Assembly (NCBI GenBank): GCA_030605575.1
Contig: JAUWIC010000063.1
Coordinates: 254-64,253, forward strand
Origin: Dehalococcoidia bacterium
GTDB taxonomy: Bacteria; Chloroflexota; Dehalococcoidia; Dehalococcoidales; E44-bin46
DNA length: 64,000 nt
Direction: 5' to 3'
In this document: piece after piece, positions 1-9,424 of the stretch
Numbering within the stretch: the first letter of the stretch is position 1
Layout of the letters: the number at the start of each line of letters is the position of its first letter
The notes under the pieces: model-generated
What the model was told of the DNA's origin: nothing
The model's database searches: none
What the model saw: only the letters and a program-made list of their open reading frames with translations
Program-made: the position numbers and the translations under genes

Positions 1-328
1 CAAGGTGACATATTGATACCTCATCTACCTCGGTAAGATAGACGGTATTTTTGCCCCTCTCTTTGCCCCTCACCTTATCATGGAAGGTAGCTATCCCTAT
101 AATCAGGACGCCACTGATTTCATACTCGCCGGGTCCGGTGACCAGCCTCGGCTCACCACTAATGCCCTGAACATAGGAATGACCCAGGTGCTGGTGGCTT
201 ACCGTTACAATGCGGGCGGTAGGCTTGCCCAACGAGTAGCCCAGGCTCGGTGGATAAGGGTCAGTAATAATTGTGGCGTGGCTACCCCTAATCCTGAAGC
301 AAGAGTGACCTAACCAGCTAATCTCCAT
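1..328 (-). CDS. MBL-fold metal-dependent hydrolase (UPF0173-like), N-terminal part; the gene runs off the window start
   Basis: My own reverse-strand translation from the ATG at 328-326 gives MEISWLGHSCFRIRGSHATIITDPYPPSLGYSLGKPTARIVTVSHQHLGHSY..., the typical N-terminus of this family. It is absent from the ORF track because no stop codon lies in the window. Confidence 0.6.
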   Translation of the reverse strand, partial: MEISWLGHSCFRIRGSHATIITDPYPPSLGYSLGKPTARIVTVSHQHLGHSYVQGISGEPRLVTGPGEYEISGVLIIGIATFHDKVRGKERGKNTVYLTEVDEVSICHL

Positions 329-507
329 ATTTCTAATCCCTCTAACCTATCTGAATATAGCATAGGTGAATTGGCCGGTCAATTTGTGACTCCGCCGGCT
401 GGTTTCACAATGTGAGATTTTAATGAAATTTAAACGCCATTTTTATGAGCAATTTAATACCACAGTTTTATTATGAGTATAGCGCCAACAATAAAAGGAG
501 GACGATA

Positions 508-705
508 ATGATTAAAACTGCTATTAAGTGCCCAAATGGTGTGGTTATGGTATTCGACAAAAAGGGAGAGCAAATCCCTGAATATCAGGGTCAATACCAG
601 AAGGTAAAGGAAAGCATCCTAAAAAATGCTCCACCAGATGCAACATTCGGTTATTTCCCTAATTATGAGGCTGAATTAAGGGCAGTTCCCAGAGAGGAAT
701 GGTAA
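508..705 (+). CDS. Small hypothetical protein (65 aa from the internal ATG)
   Basis: An AAGGAGG Shine-Dalgarno at 494-500 lies 7 nt upstream of the ATG at 508, in frame with track ORF 445-705. I recognise no family. Confidence 0.4.
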   Translation: MIKTAIKCPNGVVMVFDKKGEQIPEYQGQYQKVKESILKNAPPDATFGYFPNYEAELRAVPREEW

Positions 706-876
706 CCACCAAGAAATAGGACGCAATACGAGGTGAAAATATTCGGCTGGGAAAGCTAGCCTTAAGATATTAACTCTAGCACCACCTGATTGAGCCCCAT
801 TCTGGTAACAAGATTGTTTTTAATCTACCCCCTTTAGGCTATTATTTAGTAACCTATCCCCCCAACCCCCTCACTT

Positions 877-913
877 AACCTGTTTTGCCAAAGGCAAAGC
901 AGGTTATTTTTAT
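877..913 (+). terminator. Rho-independent terminator-like hairpin
   Basis: AACCTGTTTTGCC / GGCAAAGCAGGTT form a 13-bp stem with one G-T pair and a 3-nt loop, followed by ATTTTTAT. Confidence 0.5.
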
Positions 914-927
914 AAATTCCTAAAATG

Positions 928-1090
928 CCTACTGGCATTTTTTGTGCTTTCGTGATACAATAGACAACAGCGATTAATTCCCTCTAAGTACTTACTGGCA
1001 TTTTTTGTGCTTTTATGGTACAATTAGCGTTATTAAGCTACTTGCTTTAATACTCATTGGCAATATTTGTGCCTTTTGCGACCATTGCCA
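928..1090 (+). repeat. Three tandem ~62-bp promoter/operator-like repeats upstream of the sensor kinase
   Basis: (C/T)TACTGGCATTTTTTGTGCTTT occurs at 928 and 991, with a degenerate CATTGGCAATATTTGTGCCTTT at 1053. The first two copies are each followed by TGnTACAAT (extended -10) at 953-961 and 1016-1024. Confidence 0.6.
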
Positions 1091-1134
1091 CCAAAACTAA
1101 CTGAGGAGGATGGGGATGTCTAAAAAAAGGGAGC

Positions 1135-4100
1135 ATGACGAAGAAAGAGGCAAAGAAAGAAAAGGGGGCTAGCAAGATGCCCCCTTTTAATATTACCGAG
1201 CACAAGCCGATGGAGGAAGAAATGAGAAAACTAAGTTCTGCTATTGAGCAGTCGATCGACGGTGTAGCCATAGCTGACCTGGAACCAAAACTGACATATG
1301 TTAATGATGCTTTTGCCCGGATGCACGGTTATTCCCGTGAAGAAATGATGGGAATGAAAGTTGTCAACCTACATAATGAGGAACAGATGGACGAATACCA
1401 GAGGAGTATGAATCAGATAAAAACACAGGGTTCATGGGAAGGTAAAATAGGGCGTATTAGAAAAGACGGAACACCTTTTGCCACCTACATGTCGGTTAGT
1501 TTATTGAAAGGTGACGACGGAAAGCCCAAAGGAATTGCGACCGTTGCCACCGACATCACCGAGCACAAGCCGACGGAGGAGGCACCAGGACAAGACCAGA
1601 CCGAGTTAGAAAGACGAATGGAGGAACGAACTACAGAGCTGGTAACAACTAACGAAGTATTACAGGCTGAAATCACTAAGCGCAAGCAGGCAGAGGAGAG
1701 GCTAAAGATATTATTTGAATATGCACCAGATGCTTATTACTTGAACGACTTAAAAGGTAACTTCGTTGACGGCAATAAAGCTACCGAGGAAATAACTGGC
1801 TACAAGAGAGATGAATTAATTGGGAAGAGCTTTTTAAAACTACACCTGCTACCACGAAGCCAAATCCCAAGAGCGGCTGCGCTTTTAGTCAGAAATGCTC
1901 TGGGGAAAGCCACTGGACCAGATGAGTTTACTCTAAATCGGAAAGACGGCAGTCAGGTTCCAGTGGAAATAAGGACATTCCCAGTAAAAATTAAAGGTAA
2001 AACTTTGGTGTTAGGCATTGCCCGCGACATCACCGAGCGCAAGCAGGTAGAGAAGGAGATGAGGATTAAGGATAATGCTATTGCCTCGTCCATGAACGCT
2101 ATTGGCATAGCTGACCTTGAAGGTAATCTGACCTACGTAAACAATACCTTTCTCAAAATGTGGGGATATGCCGATGAGAAGGAGATTCTGGGGAAGAATG
2201 CTGTAGAATTCTGGCAGGTAGCAGAAAAGGCTGTGGAGATAATGCAAGTAGCGATGGAACGAGGGGGCTGGATAGGTGAACTAGCCGCCAAGAGAAAGGA
2301 CGGCTCAATCTTCGATGTCCAGCTGTCAGCAAGCGTGGTTAAAGATGAAGCTGGCAGGCCTATTTGCAGGTTGGGTTCTTTTGTTGACATCACCGAGCGC
2401 AAGCGGGCGGAGGAGGAGCTCAAACGCTCAAAAGAATTCTCGAAAACTGTCCTTGACAGCACTAATGATGCTATCTCCCTCATCGATGTTCATGATTTCA
2501 GGATAGTCGGAGTCAACAGTGCCTTGCTGAAGCATCTTGGGTTGAAAGAAGAAGAGGTCATAGGGAAGACCTGTTACCAGATAAGCCATCACCGGTCTAA
2601 ACCATGTACAGGACCGGATAACGTCTGCCCCCTCTCGGATACCGTAGCCAGCGGAAAGTACTCCGCAGCCGAGCATGTGCATTGCCGTGCGGATGGTGAA
2701 AAGATATATGTAGAGGTGTCTACATCTCCAGTAAAAGATGAAAATGGAAAGGTCATACAGGTTGTTCACGTATCAAGGGACATCACCGAGCGCAAGCGGG
2801 CGGAAGAGGCGCTAAAAGACTCTGAAGAAAGGTATAGAAGCCTGATAAACAACGTGAAATTAGGCATACTTAGGTCGACACCGGGACCCCCAGGCAGGAT
2901 ACTGGAAGTGAATCCCGCCATGGAAGAGATTACCGGCTACTCCAAGAGAGAGCTCCTGAAGATGGATATTTCTGAGTTGTATGTGTATCCAGAAGAAAGA
3001 GAAGCCCTCGTTCAGGAATTAGCCTCAACTAGAGGGAAGGTAGTAAGGGAACTACGCTGGAAGAAAGAGGATGGGACGGAAATGGTGGTGTTGAATAGAG
3101 TGATGGCGGTAAGAGACGATACGGGCAAGGTTCTATATTTGGATGCCATTATGGAGGACATCACCGAGCGCAAGCAGATGGAGGAGGCACTGGTCGATGA
3201 AGCAATCCGACGGCGTATCCTAATCGATCAGTCCAGAGATGGGATCGTTATCCTTGATAAGAATGGCAAGGTATATGAGGCGAACCAGCAATTTGCCGAG
3301 ATGCTCGGATACTCCCCCAAGGAAGCCGCTCAGCTCCATGTGTGGGATTGGGATACTCAGTGGCCACGCGAGCAACTGCTCGAGATGATCCGGAGTGTTG
3401 ACGCAGCCGGTGCCCAATTCCAGACGTACCATCGTCGCAAGGATGGTACGGTCTATGACGTTGAAATCAGCACCAATGGGGCCGTGTGCGCGGGTCAGAA
3501 GCTGGTCTTCTGCGTGTGCCGGGACATCACCGAGCGCAAGCAGATGGAGCAAAGGATAGAGCACCTCAACGCCGTGCTTCAAGCTATTCGCAACGTTAAC
3601 CAACTCATTGCCCGAGAAAAAGACCGCGATAAGCTGCTCAAAGGTGTCTGCGACAATCTCATCCAGACTCGTGGCTATTATATCGCCTGGCTGGCTATAT
3701 TGGATGAGTCCGGAGGGCTGGTAACCACCACTGAAGCTGGTTTGGGTAAAGACTTCCTGCCAATGGTCGAGTTACTGAAGCGTGGCGAGTTGACCGATTG
3801 CGCTCAGAGGGCACTGAGGCAATCGGAAGTGGTGGTAACCGAAGCCCCAGCCTCCACCTGCGTTGACTGTCCTCTAGCCGGCATGTTCCGTGGCAAGGGG
3901 GCAATGACTATCGGTTTGGAACATAAAGGAAAGGCCTACGGGGTGTTGTGTGTCTCCATTCCCCGAGCTCTTGTCACCGATGAGGAAGAGCAATCTTTGT
4001 TCAAAGAACTCGCCAATGATATTGCTCTCGCCCTGCACAACATAGAACTGGAAGAAAAGCACAAGCAATCGGAGGTGGCTTTGAAGCAGTCGGAGGAGAA

Positions 4101-5229
4101 GTATAGAACCTTGTTTGAGCAAAAGCTTGAGGGTGTAATCGTTATTGATGAAACAATGAAACTATTGCTGGCTAATCAAGCCGCCACAGAAATGTTTGGC
4201 TTGGATTCTGTGGGGGAAGTGCCTGAAGTGAACCCATTCGATTTCGTTCCCTCAGAGGAAAGAGAGCGAGTTCTCACCATTATAACCAAGGATATGTTTG
4301 GAAATGACCAGCGGCAGGTCAATGAGTTTCGGCTGATAAACAAGGCTGGTAAGGAAATGTGGATAAGCGCAGTTGGTGCACGGACTGAATATCAAGGCAA
4401 AGCAGCCGGTTTGGTTTCACTTAGAGACGTCACTGAGCGCAAGCGGGCGGAGCAAGAACTTGAGGAAAAGAATAAGCAATTGATGGCACAACAGCAGGAA
4501 CTTATGGAGAAAACCAATGAGGTGGAAGCGGCTAGCCAGGCTAAGTCGGACTTCCTGGCTCATATGTCCCACGAGCTACGCACCCCGCTCAATGTTATTA
4601 TCGGCTTCTCCGAATTGATGGCGGACGGGGTGCCCGGGGATATTAATAGTGAGCAGAAGCAGTGCCTGGACGACATCCTGAGCAGTAGCAAGCACCTGCT
4701 GGGCTTAATCAATGATGTCCTTGACCTGTCCAAGGTAGAATCGGGCAAGATAAAACTCAGGCTGGCTGAGGTTATTCTGCCCGACATCCTGGAAGAGTTA
4801 AAAAGAACTATGACGCCTATACTGGCACCAAGAAAGCAAAACCTTGATATCGAGGTAGAAAAGGGGCTTTCCCCGGTTTATGCCGATAAAGCCAAAGTAA
4901 AACAGGTACTTTTAAACCTGTTGGGCAATGCCACTAAGTTTACCCCGGATGGAGGCAAGCTAAAGATTGAGGCTATCAAGAAGGGTGGGTGGTGTCACGT
5001 CAGCGTGATTGATAATGGTGTTGGTATCAACAAGGAAGACCAGAAAAAGATATTTGAACCTTTCCGCCAGCTAGACAATCCCCTAACCGGGGAAAAGGGT
5101 GGGGCTGGGCTAGGACTAGCGGTGGTCAAGCAAATTATTGAGAAGCACGGTGGTAAGATTCGGGTCGAGAGTGAATATGGCAAGGGAAGCCGGTTTACCT
5201 TTACTCTACTACTAGCCCCAGTCGTTTAG
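1135..5229 (+). CDS. Multi-domain sensor histidine kinase (7 PAS, 1 GAF, HisKA, HATPase_c)
   Basis: PAS-length blocks are each closed by a DITE(R/H)K...EE linker. The kinase core shows an H-box HMSHELRTPLN, an N-box NLLGNATKFT, G1 DNGVGI and G2 GGAGLGLAVV. I saw no obvious TM segments. Confidence 0.9.
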   Translation: MTKKEAKKEKGASKMPPFNITEHKPMEEEMRKLSSAIEQSIDGVAIADLEPKLTYVNDAFARMHGYSREEMMGMKVVNLHNEEQMDEYQRSMNQIKTQGSWEGKIGRIRKDGTPFATYMSVSLLKGDDGKPKGIATVATDITEHKPTEEAPGQDQTELERRMEERTTELVTTNEVLQAEITKRKQAEERLKILFEYAPDAYYLNDLKGNFVDGNKATEEITGYKRDELIGKSFLKLHLLPRSQIPRAAALLVRNALGKATGPDEFTLNRKDGSQVPVEIRTFPVKIKGKTLVLGIARDITERKQVEKEMRIKDNAIASSMNAIGIADLEGNLTYVNNTFLKMWGYADEKEILGKNAVEFWQVAEKAVEIMQVAMERGGWIGELAAKRKDGSIFDVQLSASVVKDEAGRPICRLGSFVDITERKRAEEELKRSKEFSKTVLDSTNDAISLIDVHDFRIVGVNSALLKHLGLKEEEVIGKTCYQISHHRSKPCTGPDNVCPLSDTVASGKYSAAEHVHCRADGEKIYVEVSTSPVKDENGKVIQVVHVSRDITERKRAEEALKDSEERYRSLINNVKLGILRSTPGPPGRILEVNPAMEEITGYSKRELLKMDISELYVYPEEREALVQELASTRGKVVRELRWKKEDGTEMVVLNRVMAVRDDTGKVLYLDAIMEDITERKQMEEALVDEAIRRRILIDQSRDGIVILDKNGKVYEANQQFAEMLGYSPKEAAQLHVWDWDTQWPREQLLEMIRSVDAAGAQFQTYHRRKDGTVYDVEISTNGAVCAGQKLVFCVCRDITERKQMEQRIEHLNAVLQAIRNVNQLIAREKDRDKLLKGVCDNLIQTRGYYIAWLAILDESGGLVTTTEAGLGKDFLPMVELLKRGELTDCAQRALRQSEVVVTEAPASTCVDCPLAGMFRGKGAMTIGLEHKGKAYGVLCVSIPRALVTDEEEQSLFKELANDIALALHNIELEEKHKQSEVALKQSEEKYRTLFEQKLEGVIVIDETMKLLLANQAATEMFGLDSVGEVPEVNPFDFVPSEERERVLTIITKDMFGNDQRQVNEFRLINKAGKEMWISAVGARTEYQGKAAGLVSLRDVTERKRAEQELEEKNKQLMAQQQELMEKTNEVEAASQAKSDFLAHMSHELRTPLNVIIGFSELMADGVPGDINSEQKQCLDDILSSSKHLLGLINDVLDLSKVESGKIKLRLAEVILPDILEELKRTMTPILAPRKQNLDIEVEKGLSPVYADKAKVKQVLLNLLGNATKFTPDGGKLKIEAIKKGGWCHVSVIDNGVGINKEDQKKIFEPFRQLDNPLTGEKGGAGLGLAVVKQIIEKHGGKIRVESEYGKGSRFTFTLLLAPVV

Positions 5230-5254
5230 CCCTATTCAAAGGAAAGAAACCGCC

Positions 5255-5641
5255 ATGAAAGAGAAAATACTAATTGTAGAAGACAATCCCCTAAATATGA
5301 GACTGATTGAGATGACCCTTAGGCCGAAGGGCTATAGGCTACTCGGGGCGACTGACGGGGAAAAGGCACTAGATATGGCTACCAGGGAGAAACCAGACCT
5401 CATTATAATGGATATATCCCTTCCCAAAATGAGCGGGCTTGAAGTAACCAAAAGACTGAGGCAGATGCCAGTCTTCAACCATATCCCCATTATTGCCGTT
5501 ACGGCTCATGCTATGAAGGGAGACGAGGTAGAGATTATTGACGCCGGGTGCGATGCCTACTTACCCAAACCAATCAATACTCGCCAGTTACCTGAAGTGA
5601 TTGCAGAACTGCTTCGACAACGGACAAAAGATGGTACTTAG
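5255..5641 (+). CDS. Single-domain response regulator (CheY-like receiver)
   Basis: Receiver motifs are present: ILIVEDNP, DLIIMDISLP (phospho-Asp), VTAHAMKG and YLPKP. Confidence 0.9.
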   Translation: MKEKILIVEDNPLNMRLIEMTLRPKGYRLLGATDGEKALDMATREKPDLIIMDISLPKMSGLEVTKRLRQMPVFNHIPIIAVTAHAMKGDEVEIIDAGCDAYLPKPINTRQLPEVIAELLRQRTKDGT

Positions 5642-5659
5642 CACCCGGGGGAAACGGTA

Positions 5660-6361
5660 ATGACCAAGAAAATCCTTATAATTGATGACGACCCCGCCTT
5701 TCTTAATCTGATTGAGCAGGTTCTTACCCAGAAAGGATACGAGGTGCTCAAGGCTAGGAGTGGGCGGGAAGGGCTACGGCTTATCTTTGACCAGAGACCA
5801 GATTTAGTGCTTCTGGATGTGATGATACCCGGCATAGATGGCTGGCAGGTTTGCAGCCGCATCCGTGAAATTTCTGATATACCGATCATTATGATTACTG
5901 GTCGGCACAAGTCCGAGGAGGACGTAGTGCGTGGGCTTGACCACGGAGCCGATGACTACATCACCAAGCCAGTGGGGAGTAGGGAACTGGTAGCCAGGGT
6001 GCGAGCAGTATTACGCCGCGCCGAGTTGCCCTCCTCGCAGGATATAAGGCAGGGAGTTATCTATAGCGATGGCCTCCTTACCGTTGATATTACTGAGCGG
6101 AAGATTATAGCGGATGGCAAGCGGATTAAGCTCACCCCGAGAGAGTTCCGCTTGTTTGCCCTCCTGGTAGAGAATGCCGGCCGTATTCTTACCCACAAGC
6201 AGCTCCTGGAAAAGGTATGGGGCTGGGAATATACTGATGACCTGGATTATGTGCGCATCTACATCTCACATCTGCGTCAGAAGATAGAACCAGACCCCAG
6301 CCTGCCCCGATACATCATAACTGAACCCGGAGTAGGCTACTCCTTCCAGAAATTCGGCTAA
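5660..6361 (+). CDS. OmpR/PhoB-family DNA-binding response regulator
   Basis: The receiver domain shows ILIIDDDP and LLDVMIPGIDG. The winged-helix output shows LTPREFRLFALLVENAGRILTHKQLLEKVWG...GVGY. Confidence 0.9.
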   Translation: MTKKILIIDDDPAFLNLIEQVLTQKGYEVLKARSGREGLRLIFDQRPDLVLLDVMIPGIDGWQVCSRIREISDIPIIMITGRHKSEEDVVRGLDHGADDYITKPVGSRELVARVRAVLRRAELPSSQDIRQGVIYSDGLLTVDITERKIIADGKRIKLTPREFRLFALLVENAGRILTHKQLLEKVWGWEYTDDLDYVRIYISHLRQKIEPDPSLPRYIITEPGVGYSFQKFG

Positions 6362-6588
6362 TACCAAGCCACACATTGCACAATCTAGCTAAATGTTCAG
6401 TTTGTCCCTAGGTATCTGGAATCAAGGACTTCGTATTCGGTGCATATCTCGTTCGCTGGCTGAGTTAAGGCATCGCCGCTGACGAAGACACCTTTCCGGT
6501 TGGTCTCTAGAGTCTCTTAAGGAGGCAAGGCATCACTAATCAATATGAACGAGTATAAATGTTGGCGATTATCCCTTGAGAGCAAGTA

Positions 6589-6597
6589 TGGTATAAT
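6589..6597 (+). promoter_or_regulatory. Extended -10 promoter candidate (TGgTATAAT) ahead of the AOR cluster
   Basis: TGGTATAAT is the only strong sigma70-like element in the 330-bp gap before 6690. There is no good -35. Confidence 0.35.
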
Positions 6598-6689
6598 GGA
6601 ACACGGTGTAGGGCTTTCTTGCTTGGCTTCGTGGTACCAACCCTACCCCCAAGCGCATTATAGCAACAAAGGTAGAAGATGAGGTTATC

Positions 6690-6938
6690 TTGAACAAAGA
6701 GACAACGGCGGAAACTACAGCTAAGGGTAGAACCTCAGGGGCATTTAGATGCCTAAACTGCTTCACTAGAATCAGCCCACCCAAGGGAGCAAAAACCTAT
6801 AAATGTCCCAATTGTAGTTTTGAGTGGCGTGTATCCTGGCCCCGGCCCAACCTGCCCAGGATAAGGGGACCGGTATGGGAGGTAAACAGGCGCTTAGCTG
6901 AGGAAGCTATGGTTAAAAAGGAAAAGAGGCGAGAGTGA
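6690..6938 (+). CDS. Small zinc-ribbon protein (hypothetical)
   Basis: Two CxxC pairs (CLNC...CPNC) are present. It has a TTG start and its stop lies 4 nt before the AOR start, which suggests translational coupling. Confidence 0.4.
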   Translation: MNKETTAETTAKGRTSGAFRCLNCFTRISPPKGAKTYKCPNCSFEWRVSWPRPNLPRIRGPVWEVNRRLAEEAMVKKEKRRE

Positions 6939-6942
6939 ATAT

Positions 6943-8850
6943 ATGGCGCTAAATAGGAAGATAGCCTATATTAATCTGACTAAAGGTAAAATTGAGGTAA
7001 AGTCCATTCCAATCAAGCTGCGGAAGCTGTTTCTGGGTAGTAGAGGGTTGGATATGTATTTAATGTATAACCATATAGAGCCCGGCACTGACCCTCTGGG
7101 AGCGGATAACGTGGCTCTGATTAGTGCCGGGATTCTGGTTGGTACCCTAGCTTCGGCTTCAGCTAGAACCCATATCGGGGGCAAGTCACCGCTTACTGGC
7201 TTTGTCGGCAGTACCAACATGGGTGGTTTCTTTGCTCCCGAAATGAGATGGGCTGGCTTTGACCACCTGGTAATAAAGGGAAAGGCAGAAAAACCAGTCT
7301 ATTTGTGGGTTCATAATGGTGAAATTGAAATAAGAGATGCCTTAAACATCTGGGGGAAGGATGTTCATGAGACCCAGGAGATTATTCGGGAAGAACTGGG
7401 CGATAGAGATATAAAGATACTGACCATAGGTCTGGCCGGTGAAAAGCTGGTGAGGTACGCCAATGTTATGACTGAGCTCAAGAATGCGGGGGGCAGGTCG
7501 GGGATGGGGGCCCTACTCGGCTCCAAGAACCTCAAGGCAATAGCAGTTAGAGGCACCATGGATATTAAAATAGAGCACCCTGATGAAGCCCTGGAATATA
7601 ATAAGAGGCTAATCAGCCAGGTAACCTCGGCTAAGGTGTCTCAAGAACAGGGAAAGTTAGGTACGACCTTCATCTGGGGGGCAACTAATAGTCAGGGTCT
7701 GGTCAGAGTTAGAAACTTCCAGCTTAATCAGCTTGAGGAAGCTGATGATATTGAGCCGGAAGCTCTTGAGGAATTTAGCCTGGGCATGGCTGGCTGCTTC
7801 GGCTGCCAGGTCCACTGCCGAGGTAAATATATTATACCTAGTGGCCCCTACACCGGGGTTTATGATGAGGGTCCCGAATATACCTCAATGGGTGCCTGGG
7901 CGGCTGAGCCAGGCTGTAGAAACCCCCTTACTATTTTGGTATGCAATCACCTGGTAAATAGCTACGGTCTGGATACCCTGGAGACAGGTAGCATGATTGC
8001 CTGGGCAATGGAGCTATATGAAAAGGGTATTCTGACCAATAAGGATACCGATGGCTTAGAGTTGAGGTTTGGTAATGATGAGGCGGTCATTGAGATGGTG
8101 CATCGTATTGCCCGAAGGCAGGGGCTAGGCGATATCCTGGCTGAGGGACCGCTACGAGCCGCGGAGAAGATAGGCAAGGACTCTGCCCAATATTTAATTC
8201 ATGTAAAAGGTATGAGTAACCTCCACTCTGATGAAAGGCCAACCCCATCTCTGGCACTGGGTATAGCCACCAGCTCCAGGGGTTCTGACCACTTGAGAAG
8301 CCGACCAGCGATTGACTTGTATCATCTACCTGAGCCTATTCTCAGAAAGATATATAGTCAACCGGTAGCTTATGACGGTCCATTAACCTCAAATTTTACC
8401 GACTACGAGGGAAAACCGTGGCAGGTTATATGGCAGGAATTATGCTTTGAGGCGGTAGATTGCCTTGGTATATGTAAGTATCACACGTTATTCCTTGGCC
8501 CCAACTTTCCCAACTTTGATGAGTGGTCTAAATTGCTTTACTACAACACCGGGTTAGAGCTATCGCCGCTGGATATCTGGAATATAGCTGATAGAGCTTA
8601 CACTATGGAGAGGCTGTTTAACATCAGGGAAGGACTGACCAGAAATGACGACTGGCTGGTTGACCGATACTTTGATGAGCCAACCAAACTTGGCATACCC
8701 ATTGTCAGGGGCAAGGTCATAGATAGAGACAAGTTCAGGCAGATGATAGATGAATACTATGAGCTTCACGGCTGGGATGAGAATGGTGTTCCTCGTCCGG
8801 AGACACTCCGCAAACTGGGTATAGACCAGGAGCCATCACATATGCTCTAG
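6943..8850 (+). CDS. Aldehyde:ferredoxin oxidoreductase (AOR) family tungsten/molybdopterin enzyme, catalytic subunit
   Basis: AOR hallmarks are present: GGFFAPEMRWAGFDHLVIKGKAEKPVYLWV, the 4Fe-4S motif CFGCQVHC plus DCLGICKY, EGPEY, and SSRGSDHLRS. Confidence 0.9.
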   Translation: MALNRKIAYINLTKGKIEVKSIPIKLRKLFLGSRGLDMYLMYNHIEPGTDPLGADNVALISAGILVGTLASASARTHIGGKSPLTGFVGSTNMGGFFAPEMRWAGFDHLVIKGKAEKPVYLWVHNGEIEIRDALNIWGKDVHETQEIIREELGDRDIKILTIGLAGEKLVRYANVMTELKNAGGRSGMGALLGSKNLKAIAVRGTMDIKIEHPDEALEYNKRLISQVTSAKVSQEQGKLGTTFIWGATNSQGLVRVRNFQLNQLEEADDIEPEALEEFSLGMAGCFGCQVHCRGKYIIPSGPYTGVYDEGPEYTSMGAWAAEPGCRNPLTILVCNHLVNSYGLDTLETGSMIAWAMELYEKGILTNKDTDGLELRFGNDEAVIEMVHRIARRQGLGDILAEGPLRAAEKIGKDSAQYLIHVKGMSNLHSDERPTPSLALGIATSSRGSDHLRSRPAIDLYHLPEPILRKIYSQPVAYDGPLTSNFTDYEGKPWQVIWQELCFEAVDCLGICKYHTLFLGPNFPNFDEWSKLLYYNTGLELSPLDIWNIADRAYTMERLFNIREGLTRNDDWLVDRYFDEPTKLGIPIVRGKVIDRDKFRQMIDEYYELHGWDENGVPRPETLRKLGIDQEPSHML

Positions 8851-8878
8851 TGGTCATAGGGAAAGGTGGTGTTTATCT

Positions 8879-9373
8879 ATGCCAAAAATGCTGGTAGTAA
8901 ATTACGATAAATGCACTGGTTGCCGTTTATGCGAGCTGGTCTGCTCGGTTAAACACGAAGGGGTTAGTAACCCTTCACGAGCCAGAATCCATATTACCAA
9001 GTGGGAAATGGAAGGGATAATGATGCCCATGGTCTGCAACCAGTGTGAACCAGCACCGTGCATAGATGCTTGCCCGACCAATGCTCGCTCCTGGGACGAG
9101 CATTTGGGCAGGGTAGTAATCGACTATGACCGCTGTATTGAGTGTAAGACATGCGTAGCCGTATGCCCTTTTGGGGCAGTGAGTTTTGACCATGTTGCCG
9201 GCAGGATAATCAGTTGCGACCTGTGTGATGGTGACCCCGCATGTGTTAATTTCTGCGAGACCGAAGCCATACAATATGTTGACGCCAGCGAGATCAATAA
9301 GAGGCGGCAAAGAGAAGCCGCCGAGAAGCTCTATGAATCAATGCGCAAATTTACTATGGCACCTGCTGGTTAG
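8879..9373 (+). CDS. Poly-ferredoxin-like 4Fe-4S subunit (four Cys clusters)
   Basis: Four cluster motifs are present: CTGCRLCELVC, CNQCEPAPCIDAC, CIECKTCVAVC and CDLCDGDPACVNFC. Confidence 0.85.
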   Translation: MPKMLVVNYDKCTGCRLCELVCSVKHEGVSNPSRARIHITKWEMEGIMMPMVCNQCEPAPCIDACPTNARSWDEHLGRVVIDYDRCIECKTCVAVCPFGAVSFDHVAGRIISCDLCDGDPACVNFCETEAIQYVDASEINKRRQREAAEKLYESMRKFTMAPAG

Positions 9374-9424
9374 ACAGCAGTTCCAGCTGCGTCTAGCTGC
9401 CAGTGTAATCCGTAAGGCATAATT

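Noticed and set aside
80-313. A 77-aa + strand ORF at the window start.
   Set aside because: It lies antisense to a much better reading frame, the minus-strand MBL-fold hydrolase that starts MEISWLGHSCF at 328. It has no SD and no recognisable family.
6362-6689. A possible Moco/tungsten-cofactor riboswitch in the 330-bp gap upstream of the AOR cluster.
   Set aside because: I could not find the conserved Moco-motif elements that I remember. Only a short GTAGGG...CCCTAC hairpin is visible. An Infernal scan with RF01055 would be decisive.
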